A program made the translations under genes and the position numbers. The notes under the pieces are model-generated. The model saw only the letters and a program-made list of their open reading frames with translations. It had not been told where the DNA came from and searched no databases. DNA of 64,000 nucleotides. It comes from Macrostomum lignano (Eukaryota). Of this stretch, positions 1-13,913 are shown piece after piece; positions within the stretch are counted from its first letter, which is position 1; each line of letters opens with the position of its first letter. The DNA lies in contig NIVC01000085.1 in NCBI GenBank assembly GCA_002269645.1, positions 310,001 to 374,000 of the forward strand, in the 5' to 3' direction.

Positions 1-623
1 TGTATTTTCAATCACATGGCAACTGAGATAAAAGACAAATCTGCATGTGGATCTTCCCAGTGCCATTATATTTGCCTATCATGTGGCCAAACAGCGCTGG
101 GTCACAATCAACCATGCAGTCAGTGCGATTCAGTTAAAGGACTAGCACATTTCTGGGCCTTTGACATTGGTAAACAGCTGATGCAGAGAATAGATGCTAG
201 TCTGCTTTAATCTATTGTCTGGCCTGAAGAGTGGAGAGAGGCTGATGACCAGAAGTTGTACTATGGTACCAGTGAACTATACAAACACTTCTTGTTAGGT
301 ATCAATCCCAGTTTAGCGATGGCTTCAATCCACACACTACGGGTTTCACAGAGGTATGTCCTATATATCTCTATATCACGGAAATCCAGGTGCGACAGCA
401 ATGGAAGTTTGTTATTCTATGTGGCCTTTGGGCAGGCAAAGCTAAAGTGCGTCCTGCATCATTTTTGATAATTGTTATCCAACAGCTCAACATTCTCTGC
501 ATCTCAGGTCTCGACGCAACAAGACCAGATGGTTCAAGCATGCGCCTTCGACTGTATCCCCTATTTGCCATTTTTGATGCTCCAATAGAGCGGCAACAGA
601 ATGTGGACCAGGTGAAGGCGCGA
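1..623 (+). pseudogene. Degenerate CACTA/EnSpm (CMC)-like transposase fragment
   Basis: Joining + frames across stops and frameshifts gives C..C/C..C (CLSC..CSQC), F.F.I..QL, then LLFYVAFGQAK..FLIIVIQQLNIL..G...RPDG...LYPLFAIFDAP. This resembles the animal EnSpm/Tnp2 pattern (WFG..KP..FL....L..L...G...RPDG....PL....DAP). Recognised by eye only; multiple stops. Confidence 0.45.
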
Positions 624-1409
624 TGAATCACTAGTGCTATTGCAAATGAGGGGCTAACTTCTGGAAACCAGAATTCGGGCAAAAGACAACATCAGCAAGA
701 TGTAGCTCATCTTGGTGAACATGCACAAGAGCCAGTGCCTGGTATCTGGAGAAGTCCGGATCAGCCACAAATGTCTCTAGACAGCGAGCTACTAGAGGAA
801 TGAAATGTGGGCGATGTCCAAGATTGAGTGCATAACACCACCACCACATTTATTTGCATTTCATTTCTACATTTTTGTTATAGGCAATTTTGCTTGATTA
901 TATTTCATTAGAAATGCTTGTTGAGACACTGGTTGCCAACATATATCAGCCTTGATGGGTCCTGGAAAAGGAAAGAATACTCCCTTTTTAATTGTTATGG
1001 AGATCTTAAGCAAGTGAATAGACAAGTCAGCTGACTTAAGTTAATTAATTAGCTATATGGCGAGTGACCCACCCAATAGATGCATTCAGAGGTAGTCAAT
1101 TGGGATCCCTGTAGAATATCTAATGTTGCGACAAGGTACCATTACAGTTATATGGAATCGAAGTGCAGTTTGTTCATTTGAGTGACATTCAGAAGATAAA
1201 CATTTTTATGTTTTGGAAAGTACATAGATGTACATAGAAATATACAATTTACAATTGTATTCAACTGTATTTAATATTTCTGTTCGAGGACGGCTAAATC
1301 AAATTTGATTCAATTCGTAGTTGTGGAAAATGTATAGACCAATCACCCATTCTTTATTTAATTTTCTACAACATTGATAAGCACAGGATTTGGCTGCAAA
1401 TACAGTGCA

Positions 1410-1640
1410 ATCATCCAGAATTCACCCAGAATTTTGTGCTAATCCAGTTCATTCACCCAGAATTGTGTGCTAATCCAGTTCATTCACCCAGAATTGTGTG
1501 CTGATCCAGTTCACTTGCCTAGAATTTAGCCCGGATTTGTATGCTAATCTGGTTCACTTGCCCAGAATTGTGTGCTGATCCAGTTCACTTGCCCAGAATT
1601 TAGCCCGGATTTGTGTGTTGATCTAGTTCACTTGCCCAGA
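1410..1640. repeat. Imperfect ~31-bp tandem repeat (cccagaattgtgtgctgatccagttcacttg)
   Basis: Several degenerate copies are visible directly. Confidence 0.65.
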
Positions 1641-4434
1641 ATTCACCTAAAACTCTCACCAGAATTTTTCTTTTTGATCTAGAAATTTTGCCTGGATTCT
1701 ATAAACTTTTGTTACAGATTCAGAATTTCCACCCAGATCTAATTGTATTAGGCCTACTAGAATAGGAAAAAATTCTGGGTGAATGCAAAAAATTCCGGGC
1801 AAAATTCTAAGTAAAAATTTCAATGGGTACCATAGACAATATTCAAAGAAGCTCTAAATTTATGCGTTTTTCCTATTTATTTTAGATTTAATTGCTTGCT
1901 TATAAGCCATAGGCTTAACTAGCATATAAATGCAATTTCTTATATTAAATTGATTCTTGTGAAGATACTTCTAAATTGGTTCTAAAGTAGTATAGAAAAA
2001 CACATTGCAACATACATGCACAATCTCCAAAATTTGGTCAGCCATGCAACTTAGTTTTAACAAAAATGCAAAAAATTTTTTTGGCCAAAAATAAGACTTA
2101 CATGTAAAAAACCCTAAAGCAAAACTAATGCAACTTTGGGTAAATGGCAAGAGTAACTATGACTGTCTTATTAAGCCAAAATGCCTTGTCAGCTACTTAG
2201 TAATACTACTTAGTTATAGTTACTACTTAGTTATACTACTGGTGGGCATTTTTGCAACTTCCTTGGTTGGCCGCCAAGTTGGTCGGCCAGATCGGCTGAC
2301 TTGGCCAACTGTTGCGCATGTATGCCTTGTAGCCTTGAAGAATAAAGGGGAATTTTTGACTTTCCCACTTTAAATTATTTTAGGCCTACTTATTTTTTCA
2401 GTTGATCATAGCTGGCTGACTACAGGCATCATGGTTTATTATCAACCCTGACCTTCTAAGGCCTACAATTGAGCTGTGTGACCTGGACATAAACCACTGG
2501 GAGCTGACAAGCTTGACTAATAAGACAGGAATTAAATTGCTTGCAACCTATGGGCTATGGCCTACTGCGCTGCGCAATTCTATAACATGCCCATATTGCC
2601 TAGGCCTAGGCCAGCAATGTGGTTACCAACGTCAAGCTGGTGTCTGCTGGTCCTTTACTTGCCCACTACTACCCTGCCATGTGACTTTGTGAACATTTAT
2701 TTATACATTTTCTTACTTGTCTTATTGAATATTGCTGCAAACTTGAATTCATCAAAAAATAATTTAAAGCGAGAAAGTCAACAATTGCCAAATGAAAAGC
2801 CCATCAATTCATCAACTAGCTCTTGGTGCAAAATTTTTAGATCATGTACAATTTGGTTGGTTATTGTCTTGAAGATCACTGATTAGAACTATTGTTGTCA
2901 GTGCAGTGCAGGTGGATGTCGAGCCATTGCATTGCAGTCGTAGCAGAAAAATATTTAAAATAGCAAACTTAAATGAAAAATAATTTAACACAGGAAGCTG
3001 TTTTATTATTTATGCCAGCAGCCAGCTTAACTAACATGCAAATGCTATATTAAGAAACCATTGAATTTAGCACAATGTGCCCAGCCTGTGTATATTTTAA
3101 TAAGAGTAAAATGTCCTAAGTAAACCAGGCCAATCTAATTTAATGAAAGTCAGCCAACACAACCTTATCACCCAATATTAAAGTATTCGACAAATAATTA
3201 GTGCCTTCTCTCAGCGTCTCATGTAGGCCCCTACTAATAATAAATGTATGTTTCACGTTTTCATATCATGGTAGATACTGTAAACTAGCTTATAATGTAA
3301 GTCTATTACAGGCTCTAAGCTATAGTCTGTATAGTTTCAAGCATTATAGAAGTGCAGAAAAAGCATTCTGAAAAGGCTGAAACATAATTTAACTGGTAGC
3401 GTAGCCGCGCAGGAAGAAATTTTGACGCCCTTTATTTTGAAAGAGAAAATAATTCTGTCAATGATTCACCAAATTTAAATTTCAAACTTATTCTTCTCTG
3501 GTCCATCCCAACAAAGCTGAAAAAAACAAAGTGGCGCGAAGCAACGATTTCCAGTTATCATGATAATTGGAGCATAAAGTATACTTATGTGCGCATTATA
3601 ATAATTATAAGCATCAAGGCAGCAAAATTTAAATTTTGGTAAATATATTATTTCCGCTATACCGGTACATGATTTCTTGTTATGCGGAATGTCAAACTTA
3701 CAACCTGAATGCAGGAGCCTGAAGTGACCAAACTGAATGAAATTAATAAATTCTCACGCCAATCAACTAATAACACCCATACATCTCATCCCTTTTACTC
3801 AAAGGGCCTATTGCATCGATTTTCGACTTTAGGCTTAAAATTTTCATGTACCATGCATGCATGTTCACGACTTTTGTAGTAGGTTTATACATGCACATGT
3901 GCATATTTTACGTAAGGTATACTTTTAAAAAAATTGTGGCAAACATAGACTTAGGCAGTGGAACTCAGCATCATGCCTTCTGCATTCTTGCTTGGGGGTT
4001 CAGATGTACGCACAAGACTGTCGATCGCGGCAAGAGCGCACTGTATGTACATGTAAATTACAGTGTAAACTCGTACAGTTGGGCTGTGAAAAGATAGTTA
4101 ACTGACTCATGCCACTTACTTGCACCTCAACATACTGTCTTGAACTTCGAATATGTCGTGTTGTATAAAATAGTATTACATGTGTCATGTACATGTATAC
4201 ATGTGTGTGTATAATTGATGTCTCACGTCCTTTCAATTTTTTCGGTAATAATGGAAGTACAACGATGAGTAATCTTGGTTCTTCATAAATTTGTACCGGT
4301 AGTGTGTAAAGTTTAATGTGTGTATAGCATTGGTAATTGGTTTCATTTTACACGTAGTAGAAGTAACGCAAAACTCATACAAGAAAATCTCAATTGCTCA
4401 AAACTAACATTATGCAATCAACGAATCGAGTCAA

Positions 4435-6115
<1,681 letters not shown>

Positions 6116-7218
6116 ACTTTATTTTCAAACTGAGAAAGATAATTAGCGCGTATATATAAAAACTTGTATAAAAACTTTTTGCTTGCTTATTTGATGGTCA
6201 GTTTCTTTTATAGTAGTAGCTAGGCTTTTTCAGCTTTGGGTGTCGACTAAATGCTTCATGGATAACACTGCCATAGAAAGGGCGAGAGGAGAGAGAGTTT
6301 CAAACTGGTTTTGCGCGAGACCTCCAGCAGATGCAATTGGTCCCGGCCGCGGTCTTTACCTGCTGTCGCGCGCTTTGATTCTAACGGCCTTTGGGGTATT
6401 AATGTATGCGAATGGGTGTAGAGATACGTAATGCGCTCTGCCCTCTAGAGTACTCAAGACAGACAGAGATGGAGAAAGAGTCTGGGACAGTCTATAAACT
6501 GTCTGCTATGGTAGACACAAGCACAAAAACAAACAATATGAGCTTGTAAAAGGTGATGCCCTGTGGTTAAAGGCGAAGTACTGCGCTCAAAGTACTTAAA
6601 TGATCAGAAATGATATAAAACAAGCGTATGTCACTACTTTGGTTAGTAGGTTAGTTAGTAGGATGCAAACTCAAATGCAATGTCGGCAATACATGTAGAT
6701 GCAATTTATTAATGTGTAAGTAAAGTTGTGTAAGTAAAGACAATATAGCCTATAACACGAAATATAATTAGCACTCCCTTAGGTGTTAGTTTCTATGTAA
6801 CATGGAAAATTCGATTACATTTTTGTTAAAATAAGATAAACTTAGAAACTTCTCATTTCTACCAATATAACTAAATTACTTTCTCTGAAGGAACAAGATC
6901 AATAGATTTGTGGAGCTACAGGTAAAAGCAACACACAGGATCTGTGACAGTAACTATAAAGCCTATACAACTACGATTGTAGCATCTAGCTCAAGCTGAG
7001 ATGTTCGGAACCCAGGAAATACAGGGCAGATAACGTTCGCCAAATTCTTCTTGGGGTTGGTTATAAGCTACACGTCGGAAGAGGGTTGGGAATTAGCCCC
7101 GATATTATTGCAGAAAATACCTACCACTGTTAATACAATATGGTTGAACCCACACAGTATGCCCTCCTATATGAAAGATTCAGCCCTTGCATAAGACATT
7201 TAGAACCTCCGCGATCCA

Positions 7219-8033
7219 CAGGGGCGTCGCCACGGATTTTATGGTGGGGGGGGACAAAGCCAAGAATTTTAAATGTACATGTACATGGCTAATAAATTCC
7301 TACTTGTAAATTACATTCATTTTCAGAATTAGTGTTGCCAGCACTCATTTTAGCGCCGCAGGCACTCATTTTAGCGCCGCAGGCACTCATTTTAGCGCCG
7401 CAGGCACTCATTTTAGCACCGCAGGCACTCATTTTAGCGCCGCAGGCACTTATTTTGGCACCGCAGGCACTCATTTTAGCGCCGAAGGCACTCATTTTAG
7501 TACTGCAGGCACTCATTTTAGCACTGCAGACACTCATTTTAGCACTGCAGGCACTCATTTTAGCGCCGCAGGCACTCATTTTAGCGCCGCAGACACTTAT
7601 TTTAGCGCCGCAGGCACTCATTTTAGCGCCGCAGGCACTCATTTTAGCGCCGCAGGCACTCATTTTAGCACTGCAGGCACTCATTTTGGCGCCGCAGGCA
7701 CTCATTTTAGCGCCGCAGGCACTCATTTTAGCGCCGCAGGCACTCATTTTAGCGCCGCAGGCACTCATTTTAGCGCCGCAGGCACTCATTTTGGCGCCGC
7801 AGGCACTCATTTTAGCGCCACAGGCACTCAATTTAGCGCCGCAGGCACTCATTTTAGCGCCACAGGCACTCAATTTAGCGCCGCAGGCACAATTTTGGTG
7901 CTACAGGCGCGCTATGTTTTATTTTGTGGCGCCGAAGCTAAATTATTTATTTTCATAACAGGTTAACAAAGGGGAGTGGGGGGAGGATAAAACGTTGGCT
8001 CCCCTGTCCCCCCCACCAGTGGCAACGCCCCTG
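7219..8033. mobile_element. Non-autonomous hAT-type element carrying a 21-bp minisatellite
   Basis: Terminal inverted repeats caggggcgtcgccac / gtggcaacgcccctg. Perfect 8-bp TSD gcgatcca at 7211-7218 and 8034-8041. Internal array (gcaggcactcattttagcgcc)n at ~7339-7900. Confidence 0.88.
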
Positions 8034-8071
8034 GCGATCCATTCTCAGACCTTTCTTGATCAAGAAGTAGT

Positions 8072-8494
8072 TCAAGAATCCGCATTAACCCGGTCACTCT
8101 GCCTATAAGTCGGCTGCATCTCAGCGGTCAAACAAATCCTCTCCGACAGCAGTTCGTGCAGCCAGTCGGGCACGCGAGCGACAATCGCGTGAAGTTGACG
8201 CTTCAACGCTTCCCGTCGAAAGTTGTCGTCCGGACCGGGAGTCAAGTGCAGCAGGTCGGCGGTGGCCTGTTGTACTGCCGCCAGCACGTTAGGCTCGTTC
8301 GACAGAGTGTTGCAGACGAATTCCACCATTGAACGGGCGTGCAGGCGCTCCCAGCGTTGGAGAAATCGTGCGATGAGTTGGCGAAGTTTACTGTCGATCA
8401 GCTGGTTGTTGGAACTCACTGCCGTGTTGCTGTGACGACGACGAGTAACGCGTGAAACTTGCTGGCTGTCCGGTGTTGTCGCTGCTCCATGCAT
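8072..8494 (-). CDS. Hypothetical helical protein (140 aa)
   Basis: GC-rich, non-repetitive, ATG-initiated ORF in AT-rich surroundings, with amphipathic helical character. No family recognised. Confidence 0.35.
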   Translation of the reverse strand: MHGAATTPDSQQVSRVTRRRHSNTAVSSNNQLIDSKLRQLIARFLQRWERLHARSMVEFVCNTLSNEPNVLAAVQQATADLLHLTPGPDDNFRREALKRQLHAIVARVPDWLHELLSERICLTAEMQPTYRQSDRVNADS

Positions 8495-9217
8495 GTCGAA
8501 TATGAGGGCAAACTGTTTATAAATAAAACCAGAGTTTGAAGTTGTCTGTTGATAGCTCGTATCGAACGCTTAAAGTCCCAGCGTTGGTGCATGTTTCCGG
8601 GATGTTATTTTTGCCATAGACACAAAACTCAGGGTTAGATTTTTTAAAATCTTCCGGCTTTTGTACAAGTAACGCACGAGTTTTGAGGGTGACGCATGGT
8701 TAAATAACAATATAGTTTGTTCCAGTCACACCAAAATGGAGTCACACTACCATAGCGTACTTAAAATCTATTGTTAATAACGACGAAGCAGTTATTGAAG
8801 TTAGTCAACCAGACGGTTTAATAACTGTCTTTCGTCTGACATTTTGTGTATGCTGCAGTTTTAGGCAGATCAAATTAAATCGTGTTTGAAGCTGAGGAGC
8901 TAAATTAAAGAGGTCTGAATCGAGCAGTGATCTTCTCCTTCATTAGGTGGAGATAAGGGGGCTTCGCCCCAACCCCCAAATATGATTTCCGGCCATATAC
9001 TAAAAATGATAGCTTCTCTACTTGTATCAATTGCGTTGCATTTTATCAGATTATGCAGTATCGTGCACAGATAATAAAACACCAGATAATTCACTCTGCA
9101 TTGAGTTAAGACATTTTTGTTTATCCGATTGACCTTTTTGTTTATCTGATTGATTGTTTTGTTTATTCGATTGCTCTTTTTGTGATAAATATTCATTGAA
9201 ATTATATTTGTTTAAGA

Positions 9218-9638
9218 CCTGTTAGATACTTGTGTCACCTCTTTGATACTGGTGTCACCTGTTAGATACTGGTGTCACCTGTTAGATACCGATGTCACCT
9301 GTTAGATACTGATGTCACCTGTTAGATACTGATGTCACCTGCTAGATACTGATTTCACCTGTTAGATACTGATGTCACCTGTTAGATACTGATGTCAACT
9401 GTTAGATACTGGCGTCGCCTGTTAGATACTGATGTCCCCAGTTCGATACTGATGTCACCTGTTAGATACCGAAGTCACCTGTTAGATACTGATGTCACCT
9501 GTTAGATACTAGTGTCACCTGTTAGATACTGATGTCACCAGTTCGATACTGATGTCACCTGTTAGATACCGAAGTCACCTGTTAGATACTGATGTCACCT
9601 GTTAGATACTAGTGTCACCTGTTAGATACTAATGTCAC
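9218..9638. repeat. 20-bp minisatellite A (gttagatactgatgtcacct)n, left part
   Basis: Direct. The array resumes at 13058 after the retroelement. Confidence 0.97.
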
Positions 9639-12600
9639 ACTTCAGTCACACCCTGAAGGCAGATGCCCGGCTTTCGGAAAAAGCTGCTCCAAGTGTGGAA
9701 AGAAAAACCACTTCAGTACTGTTTGTAAGTCTCGATCCATGCACTACACGACTACTTGTGAGGAGGATTCAGATTCCGCCCAACAAAAAACAGACGTACT
9801 GCATCTCATCGATGCGCTCAATTCGATTGAAGTATCTATGGAGACTGTGCGCATCAACGATAAGCCCTTCAAAATGCAGATCGACACGGGAGCATCAGTC
9901 TCCGTGCTCTCCAGTGCGCAGTGGGCTCTGCTGGGTAAGCCACCACTCATGCGTTCCAATCGGCGCTTGGAGGCCTTCGACGGGCACGTCATGAAATCGC
10001 TTGGCAAAGTGACTGCAACTGTGGAGCTACGAGGACGCCTTCAACCAGTGGAACTGATTGTAGTCTCTTCGGAAAAGACGTACGGGTTGCTTGGCCGCGA
10101 CCTCCTCGAGTCTGACGGTGTCTTCCATGCCAGCGATGTTCAAGCAGAAAAAACTGCCGTCGAACCTCTGCCCTGTATCCGAGGCGTTAAGGCCCGAATG
10201 GAACTGGTGGACGGTGCTAAACCACAATTTTGCCGCGCTCGTGCTGTGGCACTCGCCCTAGAAAGCCAAATCAGCGCAGAACTGGATCGCCTCCACCAAC
10301 TTGGTGTCATCGAGCCAACAGAGGGTCCGGTTAGTTACGCTTCGCCCGTAGTGTGGGTAAAGAAGAAGGATGGAACTCTCCGCATGTGCGCGGACTACAG
10401 CGTGCACGTCAATTCGAAGATCAAATCAGACTCATATCCCATTCCACACATCGAGACCATGTTCTCCAAGCTAAAGAACGCCAAAACTTTCGCCACAGTC
10501 GATCTACGTTCGGCGTACTGGCAGATCGAGCTTGATGAAGCCGCGAGAGACCTATCGGTAATAAACACGTCCCGCGGGCTCTATCGTGTCAATCGGCTGC
10601 AAATGGGGATGAAGAACGCCTCCTTCATCTTCCAACGCACCATGGAATCCATTCTAGGAGACATCAAAGGACTGCTTATCTACCAAGACGACATTCTCAT
10701 TCACGCGCCAGACAAACCCACGCTGGAGAAGCGCCTCGCTGCTGTGCGAACGCGTCTATCTGAGAAGCGCGTGACTATCAACGAAGCGAAAAGCATCAGC
10801 TATTGCGATTCGGTTTCGTTCTTGGGCTTCCGAATATCCGCGGCTGGTATTCAGCCCGATGATCGCCTAGTGGAGAAAATTCGCCATGTGTGCCCGCCAG
10901 CAAATAAATCAGAGCTCGCTCACTTTCTTGGCTTGGTAAACTTCTTCGGCCGCCTCATCCCAAACTTTGCAGGCAAAACTGCACCGCTTAATAGACTACG
11001 ACAAGCAAGCGTTCCGTTCGTGTGGTCGGGGGACTGTTCCAAAGCGTTCGAGAGCCTAAAGCTGGAAATCGCTTCAGCGCCTGTGGTCCAGCCCTACAGC
11101 TTGACAAAGGAACTGACGCTGACCACTGATGCTTCCAAAGGAGCCCTCGCCGCCGTGGCAACACAAGATGGCCATCCCGTGATATACGTGTCACGTAGCC
11201 TGTCCTCCGCTGAATCCAATTATTCTAACATCGAGCGGGAGGCCTTGGCTATTGTTTGGGCCATCGCACGCTTGAAGCACTACTTCCATGGCCGACCATT
11301 CACAATACGCACAGACCATCAACCGCTCATCCGACTTTTTGGCTCCGGATCCGGCGTCCCAGTGGATGCCTCAGCCCGAATTGGACGCTGGGCCTTGTAC
11401 CTGATGCAGTTTGATTACCGAATTCAGTATGCATGTGGCAGTAGCATTCCACACGTAGATGCCTTATCCAGACTCAGATTCGATGACAGCTCATCAGACG
11501 ACAAGGCCACATTCGAGACGATTAATTCAATCGCATTTGAATCACCTGTGATCGACGCTAAACGAATCACAGCGGAGATGGAGTTAGACGCGCTCACCCA
11601 GAGAATTCTCAATCGCGTCCGCCAAGGCGATTGGCGAAACTGCAGCCAGGCAGAAGCGCAGTTCAAAAAAGTCTCAAACAAACTAACGCTAGAAAATGGA
11701 CTACTCTACATGCAAAGAAGAGTCTTCATTCCACCAAGACTGCGCAAGGCCGCGTTCGATGCCATTCACGACACGCACACGGGCATGCATGCAGCGCACA
11801 GTCTAATGTCTACTAGCTGCTGGTGGCCCGGAATGCAACAGGACGTTGCCCAGTTTGTTCGACGCTGTCCAGACTGCTGCAGGCTTCGGCCTCAACTCGG
11901 CCACGACAGGGATCGCTGGCCTCCATCAACGTATCCGTTTCAGCGCGTACACATGGACTGGGCATACGTAAAAGGCGCTGGAAACATCCTGGTCATCGTG
12001 GATTCCTTTTCCGGCTGGATAGAAGCCTTTCCTTGCCGCGATCGCACAGCTGATTCAGTCATTCAGTGCCTGCGTACCGTATTCACACGGTTCGGCGTCC
12101 CCGAGCTGGTGGTTTCGGACAACGCCCCAGAGTTCACCACTGAAGTGCTCACATCGTGGCTCCGCGCCAATGGTGCCAAGAAGCTCGAGTCACCCACCTA
12201 TTACCCGCAGGCGAATGGAGCCGCAGAAAGGGCCGTTCAGACCGTCAAGTCCGCACTAAGGGCCTGGTCTGAAAAAATTACACACATGGAGTTTAGCCGC
12301 TTCTTGCAAAAGGTCCTCCTGCACCACAGAAACTCAGCCTCTTCGCGGGGCTGCTGCCCAGCCGAAATTCTTTTTGGACGGCGACTCAGAGTCCCGGTGG
12401 TGACCAACTTCGAACAGGGTGACAGCGTGATCTATGCGCCAAGCAGCTCCTCAGTCGGCAACCCGGCAAAGTTCGTGATGACGGCAGGTCAAAACACGGC
12501 ATGGATCCTCGCTGACGATGGGCTTCGCCTTGCAAGCACGAATCAACTTGCCCCAATGGCCACCCGGCCATCGGAATTCGAGATGGAGGACGAAGATGAG

Positions 12601-12726
12601 ACTAACAGCGTGCCAGAAACCGGAAACGAGCCAGTCGCAGGGATTCAGACACCCGTGCCTGAAGAAGCCGTTCAGCTGAGAAGGAGCCTCAGAAACCGAT
12701 CCGCTCATGAGCGCTTTGTGCCTTAA
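9631..12726 (+). CDS. Gag(C-terminal)-Pol polyprotein: CCHC knuckle, protease, RT, RNase H, integrase
   Basis: One open frame from 9631: CSKCGKKNHFSTVC knuckle, QIDTGASVSV protease, IYQDDILI RT, TTDAS and EREALAIVWA RNase H, H..H..CPDC zinc motif plus D,D(35)E integrase. Order PR-RT-RH-IN indicates Gypsy. Confidence 0.96.
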   Translation, partial: NVTLQSHPEGRCPAFGKSCSKCGKKNHFSTVCKSRSMHYTTTCEEDSDSAQQKTDVLHLIDALNSIEVSMETVRINDKPFKMQIDTGASVSVLSSAQWALLGKPPLMRSNRRLEAFDGHVMKSLGKVTATVELRGRLQPVELIVVSSEKTYGLLGRDLLESDGVFHASDVQAEKTAVEPLPCIRGVKARMELVDGAKPQFCRARAVALALESQISAELDRLHQLGVIEPTEGPVSYASPVVWVKKKDGTLRMCADYSVHVNSKIKSDSYPIPHIETMFSKLKNAKTFATVDLRSAYWQIELDEAARDLSVINTSRGLYRVNRLQMGMKNASFIFQRTMESILGDIKGLLIYQDDILIHAPDKPTLEKRLAAVRTRLSEKRVTINEAKSISYCDSVSFLGFRISAAGIQPDDRLVEKIRHVCPPANKSELAHFLGLVNFFGRLIPNFAGKTAPLNRLRQASVPFVWSGDCSKAFESLKLEIASAPVVQPYSLTKELTLTTDASKGALAAVATQDGHPVIYVSRSLSSAESNYSNIEREALAIVWAIARLKHYFHGRPFTIRTDHQPLIRLFGSGSGVPVDASARIGRWALYLMQFDYRIQYACGSSIPHVDALSRLRFDDSSSDDKATFETINSIAFESPVIDAKRITAEMELDALTQRILNRVRQGDWRNCSQAEAQFKKVSNKLTLENGLLYMQRRVFIPPRLRKAAFDAIHDTHTGMHAAHSLMSTSCWWPGMQQDVAQFVRRCPDCCRLRPQLGHDRDRWPPSTYPFQRVHMDWAYVKGAGNILVIVDSFSGWIEAFPCRDRTADSVIQCLRTVFTRFGVPELVVSDNAPEFTTEVLTSWLRANGAKKLESPTYYPQANGAAERAVQTVKSALRAWSEKITHMEFSRFLQKVLLHHRNSASSRGCCPAEILFGRRLRVPVVTNFEQGDSVIYAPSSSSVGNPAKFVMTAGQNTAWILADDGLRLASTNQLAPMATRPSEFEMEDEDETNSVPETGNEPVAGIQTPVPEEAVQLRRSLRNRSAHERFVP

Positions 12727-13057
12727 ACTGGTATCCGAGGAGGGTTGAAAAAAAACGCGAAACTAATGAAACGACATGAAACGACTTCACTGTTCCAATC
12801 GACATCTGAATATAGGGAGGGGCATGTGGTGTATCGCACACTGAGATGCACTATAGTTTATATAAGTTCAAGTTCGTTATTCTATGCCGTTTGTTTGCAC
12901 TAATCGCCTCTAAGCATTCTATCGCTACAGTTTCTTCTATGGTAATTAACCCAGCCCAAAGTTCCTAGAGCTCACCTTCTGATCTCTCTCAAATAAGAAA
13001 TATAAAGAATCTTAAGCTCATGAGTTAAATACTTCAGCCGGAGTTCAATTCACAACA
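9635..13057 (+). mobile_element. 5'-truncated Ty3/Gypsy LTR retrotransposon (Mag-like) inside minisatellite A
   Basis: Gag end plus pol ORF. Polypurine tract agggagggg at ~12814-12822. 3' LTR 12825-13057 (tgtgg..caaca). The 5' LTR and most of gag are absent. Confidence 0.93.
12825..13057 (+). repeat. 3' LTR of Gypsy element 1 (233 bp)
   Basis: TG..CA termini, directly after a PPT and directly before the resumed satellite. Confidence 0.8.
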
Positions 13058-13308
13058 GATACCAATGTCACCTGTTAGATACTGATGTCACCTGTTAGAT
13101 ACTAGTGTCACCTGTTAGATACTGATGTCACCTGTTAGATACTAGTGTCACCTGTTAGATACTGATGTCACCTGTTAGATACTGATGTCACCTGTTAAAT
13201 ACTGATGTCACCTGTTAGATACCGGTGTCACCTGTTAGATACTGATGTCACCTGTTAGATACTGATGTCACCTGTTAGATACTGATGTCACCTGTTAGAT
13301 ACTGATGT
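13058..13308. repeat. 20-bp minisatellite A, right part
   Basis: Direct. Confidence 0.97.
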
Positions 13309-13913
13309 AAAGTGTCGCTGGCAAGCCCAACCGACCATTCTCCATCTGTTTCGAGTTCATCAACAGAAAATCCTCAGTTATAAGCATTTTTCTGCAAAAT
13401 ATTTGCCATACAATTGCAAACTGAATTGAAAATCGTCAGAGAGCTCCGCTTGATTTCCAGGCCTCAGCTCTGCCCTCCCTCCCCTCTCCATCTCTCTCCC
13501 CTCGTTTCTCAGCTGCCCCACCCCTGCCCACTGACAATGCACTTGCTATGCCGAGCACGCAGCCACATTCAGCTCTCATTGTTTAACTCAGCAGAGCTCG
13601 CAGCATCTCACTGCTCCTGCATCTCTCACCCCGCTGAGCAGAGCAGCTGCCGGGCCCCCTGGCACCCAATCAGGCCTCAAACACAGCCGCTGGGTCAGAG
13701 AAGAGAATCGGCCTCATTCCATTAAAACAAATTTCTCTGCACAGGGAGAGCTCAGAGATTTCAGTCCGTGACAGCGGCACTTTTGCTGCTGCTGCTGAGC
13801 TGGCAAGCAAATTCGCTTGAAGAAGAGCAAAGCACTCAGTTTGAAGCCGTGTGGAACAGCTGCGGCAGACAGCAGATCGGCAGAGAAGCGCTGCTAGGAG
13901 AAGCAGTGCAGCC

